Positions 19,256-27,911 of a stretch of 64,000 bases of DNA are shown here, piece by piece. Below the pieces are notes generated by a model that saw only the letters and a program-made list of their open reading frames with translations, did not search any database and was not told the DNA's origin. Each line of letters opens with the position of its first letter. Within the stretch, counting starts at the first letter, position 1. A program made the translations under genes and the position numbers. Origin of the DNA: Candidatus Poribacteria bacterium (lineage in GTDB: Bacteria; Poribacteria; WGA-4E; WGA-3G); assembly GCA_965242965.1 (NCBI GenBank), contig OZ251518.1, forward strand, positions 2,912,001 to 2,976,000. The letters are read 5' to 3'.

Positions 19256-19864
19256 ATGAAAACCCCAAGCGTCTGTCAATTCGCAACGAAAGCCATTGAA
19301 CTCTATGGCGATAGAGCGGGGAGCAAAGGCACTTTCAAGTTCGCCGGGCTCGCTTGGCTGCAGACAGAAAAAGTCATTCTGATGCACGGTGATACGCAAA
19401 GCCTCGCAGAACCCGCGGCGTGGCGGCGTTTCCATCGCCTCGCCACCCTCGCGCACCGGCTGAAAAAACCGATGGTGCTGTGGAATCTGTCAGTCGCGCG
19501 CGAACCGCCTGCCGCCTTGGGACTCGCACGCGCAATTCAGCAGACTGAACTGCAACTCCTCAAATTGCCGCACCCTATCGTCACGGTTTTTGATGGCACG
19601 TTTGCGCGGGATGTGGATGTGACAGAACTCGCGTGGGGTGATGGAGCCGTGCTGATGCAACCTACGCATAACCTAGAAGCTGAAGACGCAACTTTACCGG
19701 TGCGGCGGCACGTAAAAATCGCCGAGGATGCAGACGACATTCCTGCACACATTTCGGCGTTATTGTGTCGCTTATCGGCAATTCCAGCTAAAGAATTGGT
19801 GGAAAATCGGAGCGAGACTTTGCGTTTGCTTGCGAAAAGATGCCTCATAAACGGCAAGATTTGA
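19256..19864 (+). CDS. Degenerate acetyl-CoA carboxylase carboxyltransferase alpha-like (AccA-like) protein
   Basis: ELYGDRAG, EPAAWRRFHRLATLAHRLKKPMVLW and ARAIQQ...LLKLPHPIVTV echo AccA; GEGGSGGA motif absent; start uncertain. Confidence 0.5.
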   Translation: MKTPSVCQFATKAIELYGDRAGSKGTFKFAGLAWLQTEKVILMHGDTQSLAEPAAWRRFHRLATLAHRLKKPMVLWNLSVAREPPAALGLARAIQQTELQLLKLPHPIVTVFDGTFARDVDVTELAWGDGAVLMQPTHNLEAEDATLPVRRHVKIAEDADDIPAHISALLCRLSAIPAKELVENRSETLRLLAKRCLINGKI

Positions 19865-19980
19865 CAACGGGCACGTCCATTCAGATAGGCAAGACAGATT
19901 GCTAGCCCACCGTGAAGACGGCCTGGTGCGTCAACGTTTTCTAACCAATTGCAGCCGAAAACGCATTGCGAACTACAAAT

Positions 19981-20604
19981 ATGTTTGAAGCAAAATTGAG
20001 AACGCGGCTTGAGACAGTCCTCTCTATTCTCGCAACCAAAATGGTTGCCATCGGCATCACGGCGAATATGGTGACGCTCTTCGGGTTCGTGGTGAACCTC
20101 ATCGCAACCTTCTTCTTCGCGAAGGGATACCTTGTGACAGGGGGCATTCTCATTCTGTTAGGGGGGAGTTTTGATACACTTGATGGAGCAGTTGCACGGG
20201 CTCAGAGCCGTCTCCGGCCATCAGGCGCGCTCCTTGATTCTGTCATCGACCGGTATTCGGAAGGCTTCCTCTTCCTCGGCGCGCTGATTTACTTCTACGG
20301 ATTAGAGAGTCTGCTCGGGATAACCCTCGCGTTCGGCGCATGGTTCGGTTCAATTCTGGTGAGTTATGTGAGAGCCAGAGCCGAAGGGCTCCAGATAACT
20401 TGCAAGGTGGGGTTCATGCAACGTCCGGAACGCATTATCCTCTTCGGTGCCGGCACGCTTTTGCAAGGCGTGCTGTGGCACAAATTTCCCTCCCTCCAAG
20501 CCAGCGGCATGATTCTCCTCTGCACGCTTGGCATCTTGACGCTTACGTCGCATATTACTGCCATCCACCGATTGATTTTTTCGTATCAGGAATTGGGCCG
20601 TTAG
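19981..20604 (+). CDS. CDP-alcohol phosphatidyltransferase (PgsA / PIP synthase-like)
   Basis: ANMVT, DTLDGAVAR...GALLDSVIDRYSE, SYVRARAE, GFMQRPER. Confidence 0.92.
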   Translation: MFEAKLRTRLETVLSILATKMVAIGITANMVTLFGFVVNLIATFFFAKGYLVTGGILILLGGSFDTLDGAVARAQSRLRPSGALLDSVIDRYSEGFLFLGALIYFYGLESLLGITLAFGAWFGSILVSYVRARAEGLQITCKVGFMQRPERIILFGAGTLLQGVLWHKFPSLQASGMILLCTLGILTLTSHITAIHRLIFSYQELGR

Positions 20605-20606
20605 TT

Positions 20607-21410
20607 GAGGGTGTTTCATATCTCAATGCCTTCCCGGTAGGCGAGACCTCCTGGTCTTGACATCCGTAAAACATCGGGAGAGCATGGCGAGGGACAGGCC
20701 CTAGCCTTACGGGCCGCGGCACGTTGTTTTCACCGTAGCGCGGGGGCCTGTCCCCCGAGATCACACCCGTGAAAAAACGCCTCTTCAGGTCCTTTAGGTC
20801 CTGCATGTCTATAGTATCCCCGACCTCAAAAAAAACCCTAAGGTCCTTTAGGTCCTTAATAGTAGAATACACACCGCTGGAAAATATTAAGGTCCTAACG
20901 GACCTTGAGGACTTGGCTGTCTGCATGTGCTATAGACATTAAGGTCCTACGGACCTTGAGGAGACTGTCGTTCAGGAGCACCTGCTCCCGAACGGGCGCA
21001 TGGCGAGGCGAGCCCCTTCCGGGCCCGTAGCGCGGGGGCCTGTCCCCCGCGATCGTTCGATCTGCGCGAAAAACGCACGCAGACCAAGGCCGTCTCTCGT
21101 TCCGATCGAGGCACGGCGAGGGACAGGCCCTCGCCCTACGGTGAAACGGAGACGGCTTTGCACACCGTAGCGCGGGGGCCTCGCCTGCCATACGCGCAGG
21201 CGGGCGGGTTTCCCCCGCGATCGCCCGATCTGCGCGAAAAACGCACGCCAACCAACGCCGTTTTCCGTTCCGCGCCGGCGGGATGGATTCTGGGTGGTAA
21301 AAAAATTTAACTAGGAAAGAAAAAAGCAGTACGGTAGTAAAGCTGATTTTTCTCGCCACGAGGTTCCTAATCTTGGAAATCTTGAAAATCGTGTGAATCC
21401 TGCTTCTGCT
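20607..21410. repeat. Mosaic REP cluster between convergent genes (left terminus only seen)
   Basis: GAGGGTGTTTCATA at 20607; GTAG palindromes; AGGTCCTACGGACCT modules; AAATC(T/C)TG 9-mers near 21370. Confidence 0.75.
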
Positions 21411-21422
21411 CCTGTTGTTTTG

Positions 21423-22736
21423 CTAAGGACACACAAACTTCCCCAAAACCTTTCGCATGGACGCGCCAGTGGCGGCTGGAACGTTGCCTGCCTGTCCGTG
21501 TAACGCTTCGTTCGCGAGGATTGCAAAGGCTATCGCTTCTTTCGCATCGCTGTTTTCTACGGAGAGAACGATGCTATCGGGGAAGATTTGGGCTAATCGG
21601 CGCATGAGGGTTTGGTTTTGGGTGCCGCCGCCGCTGATGTAGAGTCTGTCTATTTTGCATCGAGACCGGGAGGTCTCGCCTACGGTGTTGCATCGAGACC
21701 GGGAGGTCTCTCCTACTGAAGAACATTGAGACTGGGAGGTTTCTCCTACGGTATTGCATCGAGACCGGGAGGTCTCTCCTACCGGTGTTTGTTGCGTCTG
21801 GGAGGGCTCTCCTACGGAGACGAATTGTTTGACATACTGCGCGATGGACTGCACCGTCAATTCTGTTACTGTGGCGATGCAAGCATCGTCATCTAATCCG
21901 CGCGCGAGGCATTGCGCGAGACAGGTTTGCGCGAAGGTAACGCCGAACATTTCACGTCCGGTCGTTTTCGGTGGAGGTTGCGAGAAGAAGGGGTGCGTTA
22001 ACCACTCCTCAACGAGTGGGAGATAGGGGGTGCCTTGCGCGGCACGCTGGCCGCTTGTGTCAAATCGTTCGGTGCCGCCGGTTATCTCGGAGACGACAGT
22101 GTCGATTATCATGTTGCCGGGGCCGGTATCGGAGGCGGCGATGAATTCAAGCGTGCAATTGGCGGGAAGGACGGTGATATTGGCGATGCCGCCGATGTTG
22201 AGGAGCCCGCGAGTTTCGTGTGTGTCGCGGTAGAGGAGGTAATCGGTATAGGCGACGAGGGGCGCGCCTTGTCCGCCGGCTGCCATATCTGCGACGCGAA
22301 AATCGGCGATTGTCGGAACCCCGGTCTGGTGCGCAATCACGGCGGGTTCGCCGATTTGTAAGGTTGATGGATAGGCGGCGTTGGGCAGATGGTGAATCGT
22401 CTGTCCGTGTGAACCGATGAGCGCGATGTCCCTCGCCGGGATACCGTGCTTTTTCAAGAGTGCCTTGACAGCGTCAGCAAACAAATGGCCGAGTCTGAAA
22501 TGCATCTCACATATCTTATCGACGCGCCCTGTCTCCGGATGACAGAGCGCGAGGATACTGTCCTGCACACTCGGCGGAAAAGGGACGGTGTCAAAGGCGA
22601 TGAGCGTAGCGCGCGTCGCAACGCCGTGGCCTTCAATCTCAACGACAGCCGCATCAATACCGTCTGCAGAGGTACCGGACATGAGGCCGATGACACGTTT
22701 TTTCTCTCGTTTCAGAAGTTCATAAAAAGGTTGCAT
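21423..22736 (-). CDS. anmK: Anhydro-N-acetylmuramic acid kinase, with five tandem in-frame REP units
   Basis: GLMSGTSADGID, GSHGQT, DFRVADMAAGGQGAPL, DTGPGN, PKTTGRE, KEAIAFA. Confidence 0.95.
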   Translation of the reverse strand: MQPFYELLKREKKRVIGLMSGTSADGIDAAVVEIEGHGVATRATLIAFDTVPFPPSVQDSILALCHPETGRVDKICEMHFRLGHLFADAVKALLKKHGIPARDIALIGSHGQTIHHLPNAAYPSTLQIGEPAVIAHQTGVPTIADFRVADMAAGGQGAPLVAYTDYLLYRDTHETRGLLNIGGIANITVLPANCTLEFIAASDTGPGNMIIDTVVSEITGGTERFDTSGQRAAQGTPYLPLVEEWLTHPFFSQPPPKTTGREMFGVTFAQTCLAQCLARGLDDDACIATVTELTVQSIAQYVKQFVSVGEPSQTQQTPVGETSRSRCNTVGETSQSQCSSVGETSRSRCNTVGETSRSRCKIDRLYISGGGTQNQTLMRRLAQIFPDSIVLSVENSDAKEAIAFAILANEALHGQAGNVPAATGASMRKVLGKFVCP

Positions 22737-22771
22737 GGTTTTTGAGAATCGGCGGCTATGGCCATCTCCCT

Positions 22772-23980
22772 TTACGAATAGCGTTGATAGATTTTTCTGT
22801 CATCATGCCACGCCTGAACACCGACACGCCACTCCCGCTGGATTTTTTCGATGGGTTCCTGGGCAGACAAGGCGAGGCGAAGACTGCTGTTACCGGCGAG
22901 TCTATCGAAATGTTCCTGATGGAAGACGAAGGTGTCCGGATAGGCACGCACTAAGTTGGCTAACATAAAAATGGCTGTCTCTATCGGCCGGAAGAGGAGC
23001 TTGTTGGTGACATGGAGGGCAACGCCTTTACACAACTCGTTCGCATACTTTGTGCTTTTCGTTACGGGGGCGGGTGTGAAAACGATGGGCCGAAACCGCA
23101 CGCCGGGGATAGCGAGGGCGTTGAGTTCGCGGGCCCATTGTTCGCCATCGCACCAGGGCGCGCCGATGTATTCAAAGGGTTTCGTCGTGCCGCGGCCCTC
23201 GCTGACGTTCGTGCCTTCAAAAAGGCAGAGGCCGGGATAGACAGCGACGGTATCCAGCGTCGGGATATTGGGAGAAGGCGGCACCCAGGGCAAACCGGTG
23301 TCTTCATACGTCATCTCGCGCGTATAACCGCGCATGGGGATAATTCTCACCATGAAGGTGGCAGGGTAACCGCGCGAGTTCCACAAGACAGCCGCGAGTT
23401 CGCCGATGGTGAGCCCGTAGCGCATGGGGATAGGATGCACGCCGACAAAGGAGCGGAATTCTTCGTTTAATACCTGTCCTTCCACGGTGAGACAACCGAG
23501 GGGGTTAGGCCGGTCGCAGACGAGGAACGTAATTTCTGCTTCGGACGCTGCGTCCATGGCATATAGCAACGTAGAGATATAGGTATAGCAGCGCGCGCCG
23601 ACATCCTGTATGTCGTAGATGAGGACATCGATGCCTTCAAGTTGTTCGGGGGTGGGCCGCAAATTTTCGCCGTAGAGGCTGTATACGGGGACAGAGATGG
23701 TATCAACTCCGTGCGGTGGTTTCTCGGATACGCATCTCCGAATGTCAAGGGTGTATGTCTCGTTTTGTGCGACACCGTCTTGCGCCGCGCCCCCGAATCC
23801 GTGCTCCGGGGTGAAGATAGCGGATAGGCGACACGGCAGAATATCGGCGATGACTTGGTAGGTGGGCAAGAGGTTTTCGTTCACACCGGTGTGGTTGGTA
23901 ATCAACCCGATGGATTTGTGTTCAATATATCGCAGCAGTTGCCAGTCTGTCGTTAAGTGGGTTATACCGAGTTCAACCAT
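22772..23980 (-). CDS. namZ: Exo-beta-N-acetylmuramidase NamZ (DUF1343)
   Basis: GLITNHTG, PEHG, YSLYG, DIQDVGARCYTY, DRPNP, WVPPSPN, SEGRGT; GGAGG RBS before ATG 23980. Confidence 0.92.
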   Translation of the reverse strand: MVELGITHLTTDWQLLRYIEHKSIGLITNHTGVNENLLPTYQVIADILPCRLSAIFTPEHGFGGAAQDGVAQNETYTLDIRRCVSEKPPHGVDTISVPVYSLYGENLRPTPEQLEGIDVLIYDIQDVGARCYTYISTLLYAMDAASEAEITFLVCDRPNPLGCLTVEGQVLNEEFRSFVGVHPIPMRYGLTIGELAAVLWNSRGYPATFMVRIIPMRGYTREMTYEDTGLPWVPPSPNIPTLDTVAVYPGLCLFEGTNVSEGRGTTKPFEYIGAPWCDGEQWARELNALAIPGVRFRPIVFTPAPVTKSTKYANELCKGVALHVTNKLLFRPIETAIFMLANLVRAYPDTFVFHQEHFDRLAGNSSLRLALSAQEPIEKIQREWRVGVQAWHDDRKIYQRYS

Positions 23981-25013
23981 GTGTGCCTCCAAAGATAAGT
24001 TCATAAAATGCCTTCCGCAGGGGGAGGATGCCCTGTCTGTCGGCATCGGGATGGACGCGATTTGTTAATAAAATGGCGGCGCGGTTGCTTTTGAGACAGA
24101 CGCGGAGGGAGGTGCCGGTGAAGCCGGTATGATAGATGGAGCCGTCTGCCATGATGCGCCAGCCGATGCTGCGGGGTTCGCCTTCTGCAGGGTAAAGGGC
24201 GCGCATCGCAGCCAGACTTTCGGGGGACAGAACCTCGGTGCCGCCAGCCATGAGCATCCTGCAAAATGCCGCGAGTTCTGCCGCGGTAGAGAAGAGCCCC
24301 GCGTTCCCAGAAACGCCGCCGAGAAAATGCGCGTTTTCATCATGCACCTGCCCGACAATGACTCCTTCGCGCCAGTCGTGGCGCGCGTAGTTGACTTTTC
24401 GGCGTTCAAAACTGTTGCCGCTTTCGGTGGCGGCGCAGTTATCATGCCATGCAGGCGGAGGATTAAAGCCTGTCCGTTTCATGTGCAACGGCGAGAAGAT
24501 ACGCGCGTGCGCAAGGGCATCCAGCGGTTCGCCTGTTACCTTGGAGATGAGCGCGCCGAGAACAATGTAACCCAGGCAGCTGTAAAGTGCCTTCTCACCC
24601 GGCGGCGAGACGAGAGAGAGTGTGCTGAGATAATCGACGGCTCTTTCTGGCGAATCTGTGCCGAGATAGACAGGGCTCCAGTCGGGTAATCCAGATGTAT
24701 GCGTCAGCAGGTGCCGAAGAGTAATGCGTGGATGTCGGAATTCGGGCAGATAGGTAACTGCCGGTGTATCCAGTGCAACCTGTCCTTTTTCCACGAGTTG
24801 CATGCAGAGTGTCGCGGTGACGATGGGCTTCGTCAAAGAGGCAAGATCGAAGAGTGTGTTGCGGTGCATCGAGAGACGTTTCGGCACAACGGCGCGGTAT
24901 CCGAACGCCTCGTGAATATGCACTGCATCGGCGGTGAGGACGTAGACGACTGCACCGGGACACACATTTTCGGCGATGCTATTTTTGATGAGGGTTGCAA
25001 TGAATTTTTCCAT
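23973..25013 (-). CDS. Serine hydrolase, beta-lactamase/AmiE-like (probable muropeptide amidase)
   Basis: FDLASLTK (SxxK), LLTHTSG, YSC, VHDENA, HTGFTG; upstream of namZ-anmK. Confidence 0.88.
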   Translation of the reverse strand: MEKFIATLIKNSIAENVCPGAVVYVLTADAVHIHEAFGYRAVVPKRLSMHRNTLFDLASLTKPIVTATLCMQLVEKGQVALDTPAVTYLPEFRHPRITLRHLLTHTSGLPDWSPVYLGTDSPERAVDYLSTLSLVSPPGEKALYSCLGYIVLGALISKVTGEPLDALAHARIFSPLHMKRTGFNPPPAWHDNCAATESGNSFERRKVNYARHDWREGVIVGQVHDENAHFLGGVSGNAGLFSTAAELAAFCRMLMAGGTEVLSPESLAAMRALYPAEGEPRSIGWRIMADGSIYHTGFTGTSLRVCLKSNRAAILLTNRVHPDADRQGILPLRKAFYELIFGGTHG

Positions 25014-25019
25014 AATCGT

Positions 25020-25049
25020 ATAATAGCACATTTTCTGTTTTGATGTCAA
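25020..25049 (-). promoter_or_regulatory. Sigma70 promoter, probably giving a leaderless transcript of the recycling operon
   Basis: Minus strand TTGACA-18 bp-TATTAT with a TGn extension, ending 6 nt before ATG 25013. Confidence 0.6.
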
Positions 25050-25127
25050 TAAGTTTTTTCAGCGGCATCTTTTTTCTTGATTTGCAATGTGGTTATATGG
25101 TAAATTATTTATAGTCATTATTTAAAG

Positions 25128-25780
25128 GAGGGTGTTCCATATCTCGACGGATTCCCGGTAGGAGAGACCTCCCGGTCTCGATGCTGTGGTGGGCTTATTC
25201 TCTCGGGCAGGCGTGCCTGATTTTGACCTGTTCGGGCTCAGGTGTCCCGAACTACAGGGCTACATGTCTATAGCAGCACGTGTCGTGCCGTTTTCAAGGT
25301 CCGTTAGGGCCTTCATAAAAAAACGCGCGGCATGTCAAAATCTATTAAGGACCTAAAGGACCTTAGCATTCTTCGCGAGCGCGCGGGCTATAGACATTAA
25401 GGTCCTACGGACCTGAAGAGACTTTTTTCGTAGCGCGGGGGCCTGTCCCCCGCGAGCGTTGGATTGCACGGACGCTGGCGAGGGAAACCCGCTCGGATGC
25501 GCGTGTGGCATCCGAGGGCCCTCGCCCTACGATGAAAGGAAGGCGTTATTTTTATCGTAGGGCGGGGGCCTGTCCCCCGCGTTGTCCATCGTCACGATGT
25601 ATGTTACCCCATCTGTAGTTTGTGATCGCCTGATCACAAACGGGTCAGGATCGGGCGATCCTGCCCTACAGGAGGGATGCAGTCTGACACCAAAACGCAC
25701 GGCGAGGGACAGGCCCTCGCCCTACAGTGAGGGGGGGGCGTTTTTTCACCGTGACGTTGAGCGAGTTATGAAACACCCTC
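25128..25780. mobile_element. Mosaic REP cassette with inverted termini and a 24-bp flanking direct repeat
   Basis: GAGGGTGTTCCATA...TATGAAACACCCTC; ATTTATAGTCATTATTTAAAGGAG at 25107-25130 and 25781-25804. Confidence 0.85.
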
Positions 25781-25830
25781 ATTTATAGTCATTATTTAAA
25801 GGAGCATAGTCACCGACACCGCAAACATCC

Positions 25831-26205
25831 ATGCAACAACCAGAAACCTTAGCGCACGCCTTGCGTGACTACCAAAAAACCGAAAAACCGTGGGGCGGCT
25901 TTATCCAATATGTCCTCAACCAGCCTGTCACCGTCAAGATTTTGGAAATCCGTGCTGGCGAGCAGGTGAGTTATCAGTATCATCACCATCGGAGTGAACT
26001 GTGGATACCCCTTGATGCGGGCGCGTGCGTCAACATTGAAGGCGAAGTGCAACGTCCCGCACCCATGGAACCCGTTTTCATTCCGCAAGGCGCGAAACAC
26101 CAACTCATCGGCGAAGCACACGATTACCGCATCCTCGAAATTGCGTTCGGGCATTTTGATGAGGAAGACATCGTCCGGCTCTCAGACAAATACGGGAGAA
26201 GTTAA
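25831..26205 (+). CDS. Phosphomannose isomerase type II C-terminal cupin protein
   Basis: KPWG, SYQYHHHRSELW, ILEIAFGHFDEEDIVRLSDKYGR. Confidence 0.9.
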   Translation: MQQPETLAHALRDYQKTEKPWGGFIQYVLNQPVTVKILEIRAGEQVSYQYHHHRSELWIPLDAGACVNIEGEVQRPAPMEPVFIPQGAKHQLIGEAHDYRILEIAFGHFDEEDIVRLSDKYGRS

Positions 26206-26210
26206 GAATT

Positions 26211-27599
26211 ATGGGCCACTCATCTCTCACCTTGGAGATTAGCACCTCCTGGGATGCAGAACAGGGTAATGGCGATGCGCGGTTAGCAGCAATTCGTCCT
26301 CTCTTTGCAGCGGAAACCGATGCGCCGCTTGACGTGCTGGAGAGCAATCTCCGCGCATGGACGCGCAGTCACCTGCAAACCGAACATATCGCGCAGTGCC
26401 GCGCCGTGGCCGAACGCGCCCAGCAAGACTTTGACGCGCTTGTGACGATAGGCATCGGTGGTTCCGACCTCGGGGCCCGTGTCTTTCACGATACGTGCAA
26501 CCATCCGTATCACAATCGGATGTCGGTTGCGGAACGTGGCGGCGCGCCGGAAGTCTATTTCACGGGCGATACCTTCGACCCGAGGCGACTCATCGAGCTC
26601 CTAGAGATGCTGAATAGCCGAAACCTGCTCCACAAAACGCTCTTCAATGTCATCAGCAAATCCGGCAGGACGAGCGAGACAATCGCAACGTTGATGATTA
26701 TTCGGGAGACACTGCAACGGCACGGGCTCACATGGCAAAATCACGTCGTGGCAACGACAGGGTTAACCCCAGAAAGCGCGCTGTTTCAAATACATAAGAA
26801 GACACCCTTTTACAACGGTGAGTTGCTCCCGGTGCCCGAGGGTGTCGGTGGACGATTCTCCGCTTTTTCGCCGGTGGGGCTCTTCTTTCTGGCGATGACA
26901 GCCGGTAAAAATGAGACACCGGAGACGCGCATCTGTGCAGCGATGCAAGGCGTGCAACGCGCCGATGAAGACTTTCGCGCCGAATCATCCGTGGCCTATC
27001 AACTCGCACGATGGCTGCAGCTTGCTGAGGAACGCGAATGCATCGGCACTATTGTCTTCTACAATTATGCCGACAACAGCTGCCTCGGCGAGTGGTTCGT
27101 CCAACTCTATACCGAATCGATTCAGGAGCGCGGCGGTGGCGCGAACGTTATTCCTGCAAAAGGCCCGACGAGTAATCACTCCATTCTCAACGGCATTCTC
27201 AACGGCCCGCGGGATAAGGTTGTCCTCTTTATCCATTGGGAAAAACTGGGTGACGATGTGAATGTGCCAAAGGATACCGGCATCGGTGGGGAGTTCGCGG
27301 ATTTTGAGGGCATGTCACTGTCGCAAATTCAGACTGCGTCTTATCGCGGCACGGCGATGAGTTTCACCGAAAACGGCGTGCCGAACGCAACGTTAACCCT
27401 CCCGAAACGGGATATCGGTAACGTTTGTCACTTAATGCGCACGCTCATGGACACTGTCGCGGTGAAGGGCCGGTTGCAGGGTTTGCATCTCGATGACACA
27501 GAATTTGCGTTGGAAAGAGAGCGCACCTATCGCCAAGATGCCGTTGAAGACTACAAACGGCGGACAAGAGAAATTGCGATGGAAATGTTTAACACGTAA
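26211..27599 (+). CDS. pgi: Glucose-6-phosphate isomerase
   Basis: GIGGSDLG, VISKSG, VGGRFS, QLYTES, QDAVEDYK. Confidence 0.88.
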   Translation: MGHSSLTLEISTSWDAEQGNGDARLAAIRPLFAAETDAPLDVLESNLRAWTRSHLQTEHIAQCRAVAERAQQDFDALVTIGIGGSDLGARVFHDTCNHPYHNRMSVAERGGAPEVYFTGDTFDPRRLIELLEMLNSRNLLHKTLFNVISKSGRTSETIATLMIIRETLQRHGLTWQNHVVATTGLTPESALFQIHKKTPFYNGELLPVPEGVGGRFSAFSPVGLFFLAMTAGKNETPETRICAAMQGVQRADEDFRAESSVAYQLARWLQLAEERECIGTIVFYNYADNSCLGEWFVQLYTESIQERGGGANVIPAKGPTSNHSILNGILNGPRDKVVLFIHWEKLGDDVNVPKDTGIGGEFADFEGMSLSQIQTASYRGTAMSFTENGVPNATLTLPKRDIGNVCHLMRTLMDTVAVKGRLQGLHLDDTEFALERERTYRQDAVEDYKRRTREIAMEMFNT

Positions 27600-27659
27600 G
27601 TCTTACGCGGGACGCTTGCACCAGAGGCGCGATTTTCATCGGCACGTCTTACATTATTT

Positions 27660-27875
27660 GAGGGTGTTTCATAACGCCGTTTCGGTATTTATCCCGCCTT
27701 GGCGGGCGGGCGAATACCAGAAGGCATTGGGCCCACCTCTGTAGTTCGGGATCGCCCGATCCCGAACGGGTCAGGATCAGGCGATCCTGAACTACAGGAG
27801 GGATGCGGTCTGACAGCAAGACACATGGCGAGGGCCTGTCCCTCGCCCTACGTGAAAAGCGCGCCTACCGGGGAC
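27660..27875. repeat. REP cluster with a left cassette terminus
   Basis: GAGGGTGTTTCATA at 27660 followed by GTAG palindromes. Confidence 0.7.
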
Positions 27876-27911
27876 AACTCAGGGCATTTGCGTCTGTCTG
27901 GAGACGAAAAC

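Noticed and set aside
23973-25013. Beta-lactam resistance gene (and the MBL at 2645 as a metallo-beta-lactamase)
   Set aside because: The namZ-anmK context points to peptidoglycan recycling. The MBL protein lacks a signal peptide and has a TPR tail.
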